Shown one piece after another: positions 27,781-37,821 of a stretch of DNA of 64,000 nt. The DNA comes from a virus: the IMG/VR virus record IMGVR_UViG_3300018080_000003, positions 32,001 to 96,000 of that record; one strand, 5' to 3'. The position numbers and the translations under genes were made by a program. The notes under the pieces are model-generated. The model ran no database searches. It was not told where the DNA came from and saw only the letters and a program-made list of their open reading frames with translations. The stretch's first letter is position 1. Each line of letters starts with the position of its first letter.

Positions 27781-29301
27781 ATGGGTAGAGGAACAGTCGG
27801 TTTCAAGGGCCACGGGATCACGCGATCTCTGGAGTTCCCCAACGGGGAACTGGCCCCTGTTGCGCCTCCAGGTCGTGCTCGTCTTCGCTACAACGATGCG
27901 ACAAGTCAGCTTGAGCTGAGCATCTCCGGCGGCGCCTTTGCGCCTGTAGGCACGGGCGGCGCCACTGCGGCGCTGAGTTACGCGGCCTGGGTGGATGAGC
28001 GCTCAGGCAACGATGGCACGGCGGTGGTAGGCAACATCAACCTGCCATTCCTCACGGTCCAGGCTGCGGTGAACGCGGTCATTGCCCTGGGCAACCCAGA
28101 CGCATCGATTCTCATCTTGCCTGGCAATTACCAGGAGGATGTTGTGGTTCCGGCTGCCTTTGCTGACATCCAGATAGGCTTCTCTGGAGTGAGTGGTGCG
28201 AGCAATATTCGCTCGATCACGCTGAACGCTCCGGCGGCTCCTGCGGTCCGGGCTCAGTTCACGCTCAACGAGCTGACGCTGGGCAACCGTGTGGGTGGTG
28301 GGCAGACGGTTGCGCCTCTGGTGATCGTCAACGGTGACGGGGACACGGACGTCTTCGCAACGCAGCTGCAGCTCTTCACTTCGACGCCTAACATCGACTT
28401 GGTTCGAACTGAGAACAACACGGCTTTCGGTTTATTGACGGTCCAATTCAACGGCGGCCAGGCTCTAGCGACACCTGGGTCGGCGAACTCGCGAGCCTTG
28501 TTCTTGGAGGCGGGTACGATTCTGACGAACGATTTTCTCACCTTCTCGCAGACGGCTTCTGCGATTGAGATCGACGGCTTCGTTGCTCTGTTCGACGTGG
28601 GCTCGGTCTATCAGCAGAGCCTGGGCTCGGTGTCGCCTCTCATCACTTGCTCGCTGACGTCCTTCGCGTTCGTCAACCTTTTTGGAACGTCGCTCCAGCT
28701 TCCGACGGCTAACACCGTCATCGACCTGCCTTCTCCAGGCGCGAGCGTGAACCTCAACGGAGGCGTTGTTCAGTCGTTCGTGCATGCCGGCGCGGGTATC
28801 GCGACGCCCGGCACCGCGGCGGTGAACTACATCTCCGACTTGGCGGGCAACCGCCTCTCGGTGTCTGCGCTTTCTGGTTTGGGCCTCCTTCAAGGCGCCG
28901 AGCTGGTGGCCTTCGACTCGACGACGAACGTACTCCCTGCAGGCCTAACGGCCACCGAGGGCATCGATCGTGCCATCCAAGGGGTGAGCGACACGGTGGC
29001 ACGCATCACGGGCGGCGGCGCTGTGGCGGCAGGGTCTGAAGAGATCATCTTGGTGGACGAGCCTGCCCTAGCCACCACCATTCTTCTTCCGCTCCGAAGT
29101 ACGGTCGACGAGGGGAAGAAGTATCGTGTCGTCGATGCGACGCCGGCTGGTGCCGCTGGCATCACAGTGGCAGCTTCGGGCGCTGACACAATCAACGGAG
29201 GCCCTTCGACGGTGGTCACCTCTGGTCAGAACAACTACGTGGAAGTCATGGCGGAAGCTGGCGCGGCCACAAGCTGGGTGATTGTCGGCATTCGGCCCTG
29301 A
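27781..29301 (+). CDS. Spike/fibre protein 2
   Basis: Same adaptor and C-terminal domain as 24875. Confidence 0.75.
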   Translation: MGRGTVGFKGHGITRSLEFPNGELAPVAPPGRARLRYNDATSQLELSISGGAFAPVGTGGATAALSYAAWVDERSGNDGTAVVGNINLPFLTVQAAVNAVIALGNPDASILILPGNYQEDVVVPAAFADIQIGFSGVSGASNIRSITLNAPAAPAVRAQFTLNELTLGNRVGGGQTVAPLVIVNGDGDTDVFATQLQLFTSTPNIDLVRTENNTAFGLLTVQFNGGQALATPGSANSRALFLEAGTILTNDFLTFSQTASAIEIDGFVALFDVGSVYQQSLGSVSPLITCSLTSFAFVNLFGTSLQLPTANTVIDLPSPGASVNLNGGVVQSFVHAGAGIATPGTAAVNYISDLAGNRLSVSALSGLGLLQGAELVAFDSTTNVLPAGLTATEGIDRAIQGVSDTVARITGGGAVAAGSEEIILVDEPALATTILLPLRSTVDEGKKYRVVDATPAGAAGITVAASGADTINGGPSTVVTSGQNNYVEVMAEAGAATSWVIVGIRP

Positions 29302-29309
29302 GGTGATTC

Positions 29310-30797
29310 ATGAGTGATGGCTCTATCGGTTTCAAGGACGTCGGGCGCTGGCGTGCGCTTGAGTTCCCTGACGGACAGAATGCAGAAGTCTCTCCTCTTG
29401 GGCGTGCTCGTGTTCGCTACAACGACGGCAGCGGGGAGCTTGAGGCCAGTCTGGATGGCGGGCCGTACCAGCGTATCGGAGGCCTCACGCAGAACGGTGC
29501 GGGCTGGGTTGACGCTTTTGGCGGGAACGATACGACAGCGGAGTATGGCCGTCTCGATCTCCCCTTTCGAACGGTGCAAGCAGCAGTCGATGCGGCTTAC
29601 GCGACAGGGGGAGACAATCTAACTCTTGTCATTTTTGCAGGGGACTACCCGGAGGATGTCGTCATCCAGCCCCCCCCCGCTCAGCCGACGACCTTGACGT
29701 TGTTTGGTCTCTACCGTAGCGGTGTGAGGGTCCGTTCCGTCACGTTGGACAACCCAAGTGGCGCCCAGACAGCTGACGTCGTGATGTCTTCCCTGTCTCT
29801 TGGCAGCGATGCGGGTGGCCAAACGGTTCCACCCATCACGCTCCAAGCTCCGAACAACGGGACCCTTCGAGCACGCCTCGACAACGTCATCGCGACGAGT
29901 TCCACGCCTGGCATTGACGTTTTTCAGCAGACCAACAACTTTGGCGTTGTTACCTGTGAGGCCAACAACAGCACCCTGACTGCGACGGATGCTGCAACAG
30001 GTTCACGCGCTGCCTTCATCAACTCAGGGGCCCTCGTCGCCAACAACTGCACTCTGAGAGGCTTCTCCGCCAACACCGTATTGGTCGAAGCCGCTGGCAC
30101 TTTCACTATGTCAGGAGGGTTCCTCGACCAGGGTGGCCTCTTTGGTGGTTTCACTACTCTTCAGAGCAATGGCACCGGAGCCGTGGTGCTCACCAACATT
30201 CGCGCGAGCCCAGCTGGGTTTTTCGACGACGTTATTGCCGCTAGCAACTCGCTCGCTAACTTCACTGTTCTGGGACTGCTGGTTATCGACGGTTTTTACT
30301 TCGGGAATGCTTTCATGAGCGGGAATGTGTTCGCGTATTCCTTCCTCGCGAATACGGCTGGCACTCCGATTCCGATCATCACTGCGCTACAGGTACGACT
30401 TCAGCGGGCCGAGCAGGTAGGCGCCTCGGTTGGCACTCTGGGGAACACGACTGTCAACGCTGCGCTTGACAACATCCTCGTCGGTGTCACCAACATCAAC
30501 AATCGCATCAACGGTCCTGCCGTTTTCGCACCTACGACACAGCGAACTTTGCCTTGCAATACGACGGGAGGGGTCGTCACCTTTAACCTTCCGACGATTA
30601 ACGCTTTCCCTCGTGGCAAAACTTTCCGGTTCGTTCATGCTGTGCCTGGAGCGAGCGACATCGTCATCAACTCCTCTGGTGCTGATACGATCGACGGAGG
30701 CGCATCCTTCAACCTACCGGCTGGAGCGAACAACTATGTTGAGATCCAAAGCTAGGTGGGGATCAACAACTGGGTGGTGGTTTCTCGCCGTCCTTGA
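29310..30797 (+). CDS. Spike/fibre protein 3, with in-frame TAG at 30753 (13 codons before the homologous end)
   Basis: NNYVEIQS*VGINNWVVVSRRP aligns with paralogue ends NNYVEVIAEVGAPSAWTIIGIRP. Confidence 0.7.
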
Positions 30798-30805
30798 GGT
30801 AAGAA

Positions 30806-31777
30806 ATGGCAGCAGGTGATGACGGCAGCGCGGGTCCTTGGGGCTTCAAGGGACAGGCTCGAAGGCTCTTCGAGCTTCCGAATTCTGAGGAGGCTCAGGG
30901 CAATCCGAGTGAGACAGCTCCGATTGGGCGTGCTCGGATTGGCTACGACGACTTCCGGAATTGGATCACAGCGTCGATCGGTCTCGACGTCTTCCGTCCG
31001 ATCTTCGAGGACGCGCAGTACATCTACACATTCTTCCGCGAGACGATGGTCGAGAACGGCCAGTTCACTCCGGTGGAGATCGACGCGGGGCTCATCAGTC
31101 AGCCTTTTATCCAGGCATCAGACCTCCCGGTGCCTCCTCCCATGGGACCGACGATGCCTGCGTTTGCGGTTGTGCGCGAGGGTGCAGCCCAGCTTCAGCT
31201 CTACTACTGGGACTTCATCGGTGCGACCGGTTGGATCGGTACGACCTACCCTTGGCTGAGTCCGGTGTTGCCGCCTGAGTTCGTGCTCGACCAAAACACG
31301 GGCTACGGCGCTCCGCTGGGCAACTTCCAGTTCTCTTTCGGCTCTGAGATTCAGATCGCCCAAGCCTGCACGGCAACGGACATCAACGCTCGCGTGAACG
31401 CTGTCGGCGGACCTCATGCCTTCGACGTTCGACTTACGACGACGCCAGGGCCGTCAGCTCCTGCGCTTACGAGCTACACGAACATCATCGTCTCTGGCAC
31501 GCACACCTTCACGACGACGGGTTGGGAGACCATCGCGACGATCTCTCAGCCGCTGGCCGTGAACGACTGGATCCTCACGAGCATCTATGGCTCACCAAAC
31601 TCTGCGTTCTTCAACATCCCTGCAGAGCGCTCTGCTGGCAATTTGAACGAGAACTTTGGCGTGCTGAATGCCAGCCTCTATGCCTTTGTGGGAGCAGCTC
31701 CCCCGGGAAGCATCGTCATTCCTACGACGCGTGACATCAACAACTGCTACGGCCTTTGCACTCCGGAGCTTGGGTAA
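30806..31777 (+). CDS. Spike/fibre protein 4 (diverged adaptor)
   Basis: WGFKG..FELP..GRARIGYD. Confidence 0.7.
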   Translation: MAAGDDGSAGPWGFKGQARRLFELPNSEEAQGNPSETAPIGRARIGYDDFRNWITASIGLDVFRPIFEDAQYIYTFFRETMVENGQFTPVEIDAGLISQPFIQASDLPVPPPMGPTMPAFAVVREGAAQLQLYYWDFIGATGWIGTTYPWLSPVLPPEFVLDQNTGYGAPLGNFQFSFGSEIQIAQACTATDINARVNAVGGPHAFDVRLTTTPGPSAPALTSYTNIIVSGTHTFTTTGWETIATISQPLAVNDWILTSIYGSPNSAFFNIPAERSAGNLNENFGVLNASLYAFVGAAPPGSIVIPTTRDINNCYGLCTPELG

Positions 31778-32100
31778 TGTCTAACGAGAAAACCCTTCTT
31801 CCGCCTCTGATCACGGAAGACCGCGCCCGCCGCGAGCGCACCCTCGATGCGGTTCAAGGTCAGACGATTCATTCCATTGTGGAGACGAGCCCCGCGACAG
31901 TCGCCAAGGCCCACTTTGCCTATCAGGCCTTTCTGGTCGACAAGGTCGAGCAAGCTTGGCTCTACACTCAGACGAACTCCAATCTGCTGTCTAAGGCCGT
32001 AGCCGTGGACACTTCTACGCCTTGGCTCGACAACGTGACCTCGAACGGTCTGACAATTCGGGCGAACATCATCGCCCAGCTGGCTTCACCGGTACCGTAG
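31777..32100 (+). CDS. Hypothetical protein
   Basis: TAATG coupling to spike 4. Confidence 0.65.
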   Translation: MSNEKTLLPPLITEDRARRERTLDAVQGQTIHSIVETSPATVAKAHFAYQAFLVDKVEQAWLYTQTNSNLLSKAVAVDTSTPWLDNVTSNGLTIRANIIAQLASPVP

Positions 32101-32607
32101 TTGGAGACCTTCGAGCCGGCCCATGACCATGGTGTCGGACTTGTTTCGGATCTCCCACTTGAAGCTCTCGTTATTGAGCGCTCGCAGCCTACGACGCTGC
32201 ACCTGACGGATGGCATCCTCTGGGCCGCAGTTGGTGAGTATGCGGATGGCGCAGGCGTTGATGAGCCCGCTCCGGTTCCATCCGGCCATGCAGGTGACCA
32301 GCACGGGCTCAACAGCGGCTCGCTCTGCGACCCACAGCGCCGCGACGAGGACCGCATCCCACTCCTGTTGACTGAGGGGGTCACCATCGTCTTCGAGCGG
32401 CACGCGCAGCACGCGCATCCCCACGTAGTTGCTCTGGCTGGGCTGGTGCTCCTTGGCGGAGAGCACGAGGCTCTTGAAGCCGGCGCGCTGAAGCATCTCA
32501 CCGGGAGGAGCCATCCCGCCCTGCCAGACGTTGGGGATGACCTCATCGGCGTCGATCGGTTCAGGCTCGTTGAGGATGTACCGTTCGAGGTCGTCGATAG
32601 CTTTCAT
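32086..32607 (-). CDS. Dual-specificity/tyrosine phosphatase family protein
   Basis: VLVTCMAGWNRSG CX5R loop and upstream PLEDD acid loop. Confidence 0.9.
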   Translation of the reverse strand: MKAIDDLERYILNEPEPIDADEVIPNVWQGGMAPPGEMLQRAGFKSLVLSAKEHQPSQSNYVGMRVLRVPLEDDGDPLSQQEWDAVLVAALWVAERAAVEPVLVTCMAGWNRSGLINACAIRILTNCGPEDAIRQVQRRRLRALNNESFKWEIRNKSDTMVMGRLEGLQLRYR

Positions 32608-33296
32608 CGTCTGAGCATTCTGACAGCAAAGAAGCCGAGAACGCCAGCGGCAATTGCTGGAGCGACGCGTGCGTTGAGCGAAGCCTTCGGGTCGTACTGG
32701 GGATGACCGGGAATGATGGGAGGACCGTTCGAGCCGGGCCCTGGGGGCAGCGGCCCGTTGGGAACGTCAGGCACGAGGATGTGCGCCTTGCCGTAGGCGC
32801 GCGTCACGTGGGGTCGTACCGACCCTGTGGCGTCTTCGACGCTGATGACGCCGTCGCCGCCCTTGTCGAGTCGCTTGTTTAAACGGTAGGCATCAGAGGG
32901 GGCACTGTAGACGGTAGCAGAGGGGGAGGAGCCGATGAAGCTTGGAGCGAAGACGGCCATGTAGTGGTCTTCGAGGCTGGTTCGGCGGACTTTCTTCTGG
33001 CGCTGGACGTACTCGAAGTACTTTTCCACAAGGGGGAGCTGCTCTTCAGCGCTCATCTTCATCAGATCGTCGTTGGTGACTCCGAGCATATCCCGAGCGG
33101 TCTTGCAGAACTGGATGAGACCTGTGCATTTGCTGCTTGGGTTCTGTGCCTTTGGATCAATTCCGCTTTCGAAGCGCATCACGGCTGCGAGGTAGCTGGG
33201 GTCTAGGCCCTGGCGATCGCTCAGCAGGACAAGCTCCCTTCGGAAGGCGGGGGTCTGCCTGTCAAGTCTTTCGATGGCAAGAAGTTCGCGCGACAT
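32604..33296 (-). CDS. Membrane-anchored lytic transglycosylase (SLT-like)
   Basis: AAVMRFESG..P.AQN..GLIQF, Pro linker, C-terminal TM plus RR. Confidence 0.85.
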   Translation of the reverse strand: MSRELLAIERLDRQTPAFRRELVLLSDRQGLDPSYLAAVMRFESGIDPKAQNPSSKCTGLIQFCKTARDMLGVTNDDLMKMSAEEQLPLVEKYFEYVQRQKKVRRTSLEDHYMAVFAPSFIGSSPSATVYSAPSDAYRLNKRLDKGGDGVISVEDATGSVRPHVTRAYGKAHILVPDVPNGPLPPGPGSNGPPIIPGHPQYDPKASLNARVAPAIAAGVLGFFAVRMLRR

Positions 33297-33324
33297 GACG
33301 GTTGTGATATCTTACCACCCAGTC

Positions 33325-33795
33325 ATGAGGTCTGCGAAGCGACTGTGGATTTACGCGGGTCTCGGTGTCCCGGAGGGTGTTGCGCTGGTGCGCCGTCCTC
33401 GGAGAAGCCGAGCGAATCGGCGTGTCTTGCTGGCGGGGGAGCGAGAGGTGGTCGGAGCGCTGACGCCACCGCTTTCGCGTTTGGTTCATGACGCGGATGC
33501 GGCGCTCCATGTCGATGCACGAGAGGGGAATGCGCGAGCGTGGGTGACAGAGGGATGGCTCCCCGCTGCGCTCGCGGTATTCGAGCCGACGACCGTTTTG
33601 TTGGCGCTTGACCCTACGGATGTTCTTGCGCGCCGCGCAATTCGTGCGCGAGTCCGAGGCTCACGAGCCGAGGAGTTCTGGCTCATCCCGCCGGGTGTGA
33701 GGGTTCAGCCTTCCAGTCGGTTTATCGCGTCCGAGGGTACGGACGCACGGTCTCTGGCGGCGTGGGCCGCTCGGGCCTGGTCTGTCATTGAATGA
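33325..33795 (+). CDS. Hypothetical protein
   Basis: Fills gap and overlaps next start. Start uncertain. Confidence 0.45.
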   Translation: MRSAKRLWIYAGLGVPEGVALVRRPRRSRANRRVLLAGEREVVGALTPPLSRLVHDADAALHVDAREGNARAWVTEGWLPAALAVFEPTTVLLALDPTDVLARRAIRARVRGSRAEEFWLIPPGVRVQPSSRFIASEGTDARSLAAWAARAWSVIE

Positions 33796-34726
33796 GGCAA
33801 ACATGTCGGTCGTAGGTTTCATCACGCGCTCGGGCGCAAGCAACTTCTTCAGTCAGGCAGAGGGTAACGTTGGAGACACAGGGGGCAACCGTTTCATCGC
33901 ACGCAAGCCAGATGGCACGTCGCTGGGCGGCTACAACAGCGCTGGTGCAGCGCTGAATGCTTTCCGTCGTCTGCATGGCGGTAACCGAGTGTTTCAGATC
34001 CGTCGCCGCGACTTGCCGAGCCGGGTGGAGCACTATGAGGTGATCAGCGATCCGCCGAGCCCGAATGAGATCTTCGAAGAGAACCTCGTTCTTTGGACGG
34101 AACCGGTCTTTCGCCCGAGTGTGACGCTCAGTGGCACGGCGAATCAGATCGCTCGGGTGCGGAGCCGTACGGCCAAGCCTACGCCGCAACTGTTTCAGGC
34201 CACGGCTGGCAACCAGCCTTTTTTTCTTCAGAACGACGATCAGTTCAACGAGAACAACGTCTTCGACACGGACGATCCCACTCAGCGTTTCTTCGACGTC
34301 TCGAACCTGATTCTGACGCCGCCCTTCGCCATTTTCCTCTGCTGCAACCATACGTCGGCGGTCCCGGTCGACTTCACGGCTTCGGCTGTCAGCTTCGCGT
34401 CTGGCGGTGGCTACATCGGGAACGTCGGCGGTGTTTCAGCGGTTTGGGGCGTGAACAATGGGGCGGTCATCGCGAGCCCTCAGTTCATTTCTACGACCAC
34501 GCCTGACGTCGTGGTGTACGAGCAGAGCACGACGGGTGCGGCGCTCTACGTGAACGGTGTTTTGGCAGGAGTTAACGGTGCGGTGCCTGGCGCGGGCACG
34601 CTGCAGATCGGAACGAACCCTGACCCTTGGCGCGGGAAGTTCGCGAGCATCTTCGCGGTCGACTTTATCCCCGAGCCGAGCCAGCGAGCGCTTGCGACGC
34701 GGTACCTTTCGGAGGCGTTCCAGTGA
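33788..34726 (+). CDS. Putative virion protein with LamG/concanavalin-like domain
   Basis: Beta-rich, LYVNG motif, terminal YL helix. Confidence 0.6.
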   Translation: MNEANMSVVGFITRSGASNFFSQAEGNVGDTGGNRFIARKPDGTSLGGYNSAGAALNAFRRLHGGNRVFQIRRRDLPSRVEHYEVISDPPSPNEIFEENLVLWTEPVFRPSVTLSGTANQIARVRSRTAKPTPQLFQATAGNQPFFLQNDDQFNENNVFDTDDPTQRFFDVSNLILTPPFAIFLCCNHTSAVPVDFTASAVSFASGGGYIGNVGGVSAVWGVNNGAVIASPQFISTTTPDVVVYEQSTTGAALYVNGVLAGVNGAVPGAGTLQIGTNPDPWRGKFASIFAVDFIPEPSQRALATRYLSEAFQ

Positions 34727-35625
34727 GCGGGAAGCTCATCGATGTCGTTCAGCGGGTGAAGGAAGGGACGGCTTACTGGGACTGGGAGACAGTCATCAGT
34801 GAGCATCAGGGGCACAAGCTCTACATCCGGGTGTTCGCGGATGCGATGAAGTTTGACGACGTGCCTCCGTTGACTTGGAACTACCAGACGTTCCGGGAGT
34901 ACGACGAGTCAGGCGAAGAGGTCAAGCGGACGTACAACGGTGTGCGTCTTCCTGCGAGCGCGCAGGAGCTGCAGCAGATCGCTGACTTGACTTCATGCAT
35001 GCTGCTGACGCCGAAGGTCGTCGACCTGATCTGGCTTCAGGCGAAGGTGAAGTTTGATCCGGTCATCAACTCGGGGCCATCGCAGTATCAGATCGTGGCA
35101 GAAATGCCCATCGTCGGCAGAATGCCCTACCGTGGGACGACTCTGATTGGCGTCCATGAGCTGATTCAAGAGAAGATCGACACGACGAGTGACGGCACGG
35201 GTCTGGTCGCTTCGGTCGGCAAATACTGGGTGCTAACGAACGGCCTCGGGAACACTTCGATGCTTCGCTTCGGCGATGAGACCGCGTGCAACTACGGCTG
35301 GTGCTCGTCGAGCGCTTCTGGTCCTGGCGTGACGCCTGGGGTCCAGTGTTGGCAGCGCCCTGGCTACGCGCATGACATCCGGCACTGGGACCCGTCTCAG
35401 GTCATTCGTCTGATGTTCCGCACGGCTCGCCTGGTTCGTGCAGATGGGACGGAGGAGTACGTCGACCTCGGCGACATCGCGCAGGACCCCGAGCTGGGTC
35501 CGCTCATTACGCACGAGGGCGAGCTTGGGATCTTGCGTCAGCCTGGAGTCGAGGAGCTTCCGGCGATGCAACCGATCCAGCTTCCTCCGGAGACGATCAT
35601 AGCAAACCCTTGGAGGGGGGCGTGA
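34723..35625 (+). CDS. Hypothetical protein, possible cell-wall enzyme
   Basis: GK.WV..NYGW..Q..H...H.D.SQ pattern, directly upstream of endolysin. Confidence 0.6.
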   Translation: MSGKLIDVVQRVKEGTAYWDWETVISEHQGHKLYIRVFADAMKFDDVPPLTWNYQTFREYDESGEEVKRTYNGVRLPASAQELQQIADLTSCMLLTPKVVDLIWLQAKVKFDPVINSGPSQYQIVAEMPIVGRMPYRGTTLIGVHELIQEKIDTTSDGTGLVASVGKYWVLTNGLGNTSMLRFGDETACNYGWCSSSASGPGVTPGVQCWQRPGYAHDIRHWDPSQVIRLMFRTARLVRADGTEEYVDLGDIAQDPELGPLITHEGELGILRQPGVEELPAMQPIQLPPETIIANPWRGA

Positions 35626-36473
35626 GCGAACCTACCCCGACGCTCTGGCTCACGCTCCCTAAAGATGAGGTCTTGAAGCGAGGCGACAAGGGCGCGCTAG
35701 TGCAACGTGCTCAGCTGAGGATGCTGGTGCATGGGATTGACCTGGAGCCCTACGGAGCAGACGGCCACTTCGGCGACAAGACCAAGGCGGGCGTGAAGCT
35801 ATTTCAGCGTCGCGAGAGCATCCCGGTGACTGGTGTGATCGACAACCGCACCTGGGAGGAGCTGATGGACAAGGCAGAGCCAGAGGTTCAGTCGACCATC
35901 GCGGCGTCCGGGTTCGTCTCAAAGCCGAGCTTCAGCCCCCTGGCGAGCAACGATGCGCGCGCGGCTGTTTTTGGGAAATTCCGCTACCGTCCTGCACCCA
36001 TCAAGGGGAATCCTGAGCGGATCATCATGCTCGACAACTGGATGGTCGAGAACACGACGGTGGTAGAGATCCCACAGCTGAAACAGATCCCTGGCGTGAT
36101 GTGGCAGGGGAAGCGTTGGTCGAAGGGGCCGAAGTCGGGAAGGGTTCGCTGTCACAAGCTCATCGCAGAGCAGCTGGTGGGCCTCTGGGCAGCGTGGGAG
36201 CAGGCTGGGCTCATCGATCGGATCTACAGTTGGGATGGTTTGGGCAACCCTCGCTTCATTCGTGGTAGCCGGTCCATTCTGAGCAACCACGCTTGGTACA
36301 CGGCGTTCGACATCAACTACAGATGGAACATGCTAGGCGAGACGCCTGCTGACATTGGCGAGAAAGGATCGGTGAAAGAGCTTGTCCCCATCGCTCATGA
36401 TTTTGGGTTCTACTGGGGCGGCCACTTCCGCCGCAGGGATGGCATGCATTTTGAGGCAGCGAAGGTTCTGTAA
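35622..36473 (+). CDS. Endolysin: PG-binding domain plus M15 peptidase
   Basis: LKRGDKG..ADGHFG.KT..FQ; SNHAW..AFDIN; DGMHFE. Confidence 0.9.
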   Translation: MSEPTPTLWLTLPKDEVLKRGDKGALVQRAQLRMLVHGIDLEPYGADGHFGDKTKAGVKLFQRRESIPVTGVIDNRTWEELMDKAEPEVQSTIAASGFVSKPSFSPLASNDARAAVFGKFRYRPAPIKGNPERIIMLDNWMVENTTVVEIPQLKQIPGVMWQGKRWSKGPKSGRVRCHKLIAEQLVGLWAAWEQAGLIDRIYSWDGLGNPRFIRGSRSILSNHAWYTAFDINYRWNMLGETPADIGEKGSVKELVPIAHDFGFYWGGHFRRRDGMHFEAAKVL

Positions 36474-36700
36474 TGACTCCCGCGACAAAGTACTACTTCA
36501 AGCAAATCTGCACCGAGTGCTGGGGCAGAGGCCGCAAGATGATCTCCACCTGGAACGTTGAAGGTCAAAAGGTCGAAGAGAAAGACCTAGGCGTCTGCCC
36601 TGCCTGCGGAGGCGCCGGTCATCATGGTTATCAGACTTTCGATGCAGGCACTTCTCCCGAGCCCATCTGGCAAGAAGGGACTCACGCTGTTGTAGGATGA
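36473..36700 (+). CDS. Small CxxCxGxG zinc-finger protein
   Basis: CTECWGRG and CPACGGAG. Confidence 0.7.
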   Translation: MTPATKYYFKQICTECWGRGRKMISTWNVEGQKVEEKDLGVCPACGGAGHHGYQTFDAGTSPEPIWQEGTHAVVG

Positions 36701-36703
36701 ACC

Positions 36704-36958
36704 ATGGCCAAGAAGATTACTGCTGAGGAGGTACGCTACATCGCGATCACGGCTGCCATCACGGCCGCCGCGAGCGCCGTTGCGACCTCGATCGTTACTT
36801 TTGCCATCGAGAAGTACTTCGAGCGCAAAGACGAAGAGGAAGCGACGACGGCTGCTCAAGGCATGGGCACGCTGATTGTGAGCCGGGGGGTGCCCGTTGC
36901 GCCTCACCTCAACAACACACTTCAGCGGCCTCGCGCGATTCGCCGTTCGACGCTGTAG
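36704..36958 (+). CDS. Small membrane protein with QGMG motif
   Basis: One TM, AQGMG. Confidence 0.65.
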   Translation: MAKKITAEEVRYIAITAAITAAASAVATSIVTFAIEKYFERKDEEEATTAAQGMGTLIVSRGVPVAPHLNNTLQRPRAIRRSTL

Positions 36959-37124
36959 ATGGTCCAGTAGGTTGATGCTCGCAGTACATCAGCCCGCACA
37001 TCTCGCACATCTCCTCGGGCACCTCGCCCCAGCCGTCGCAGAGGGAGCAGTCTCCGACATGGCCGCCCGTCCCGCCGAAGGGGTCGCAGTCGCCATGGCA
37101 GGCGAAACAGGCCTTGTACTTCAT
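36909..37124 (-). CDS. Small Cys-rich zinc-finger protein
   Basis: MKYKACFACHG..CSLCDGWG. Confidence 0.55.
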   Translation of the reverse strand: MKYKACFACHGDCDPFGGTGGHVGDCSLCDGWGEVPEEMCEMCGLMYCEHQPTGPSTASNGESREAAEVCC

Positions 37125-37252
37125 CAGAAGAAGATCCACTTCGCGAGAAGGAAGGATGCTGCGCCTACGAGCATAAAGAAAGCTGAGGGCAGCGCGACGC
37201 TGAAGACCCAGAAGTGCCATCTGGGCTCTTTGTAGGTTCGGATTCGGTTCAT
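37124..37252 (-). CDS. 42-aa membrane protein
   Basis: MNRIRTYKEPRWHFWVFSVALPSAFFMLVGAASFLLAKWIFF, coupled both sides. Confidence 0.6.
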   Translation of the reverse strand: MNRIRTYKEPRWHFWVFSVALPSAFFMLVGAASFLLAKWIFF

Positions 37253-37821
37253 TGTAGTTTCACCTCATTGATTGCCCTCAAAGCCTCTGGCCACGACATC
37301 ACACGGGTGAAGTAGAACCTGTCTTGCTCGTCTCGGTTGTAGGGTGTGTCGAACAGGATGGCATGCCCCTTCTGTCTCACTGCCCACCCATGGACGTTCC
37401 CGGGCTTGTCTTCGATGAGAACATTACCTGAGATGAGGTACTTCTGAGAAGTGTGGATGGTCCGCTTTCCGAGCGCGCCGAAGTGATCGGTCAGCCAGTG
37501 GTTCCGGTCGTAGACCCAGGTCGGGCTGCCTCGCCAGTCGGCGGTGACGAAGTAGACCTCGTGTCGCTGAGCGAGCTTTTTCACCGACTCGATGGCGTGC
37601 GGCAGCGGCTGAAGCTTGCGGGCGAAGCCGGGTGACTGGATCTCTTTGACGGTCTCCGCCCAGTCGTCACGGTCGAGGTCAAGGCACTCTTCGATGTTCC
37701 ATCCGTTGACGTCTTCGCGGGAGTACCTGGTCCCGCTGACTTCGTAGATGGTGTCTAGAACAGGGCCGAGGAAGTCGGCGCAGACGCCGTCGACATCGAC
37801 GAGGATTTCGAGCTTGCTCAT
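37249..37821 (-). CDS. 5'(3')-deoxyribonucleotidase (HAD, NT5C-like)
   Basis: ILVDVDGVCADF, FVTA, LIEDKP.N, FDTPYN. Confidence 0.9.
   Translation of the reverse strand: MSKLEILVDVDGVCADFLGPVLDTIYEVSGTRYSREDVNGWNIEECLDLDRDDWAETVKEIQSPGFARKLQPLPHAIESVKKLAQRHEVYFVTADWRGSPTWVYDRNHWLTDHFGALGKRTIHTSQKYLISGNVLIEDKPGNVHGWAVRQKGHAILFDTPYNRDEQDRFYFTRVMSWPEALRAINEVKLQ

Noticed and set aside
30753-30755. Genome-wide stop codon reassignment
   Set aside because: TAG, TGA and TAA all terminate clearly bounded genes elsewhere, and no suppressor tRNA is seen.
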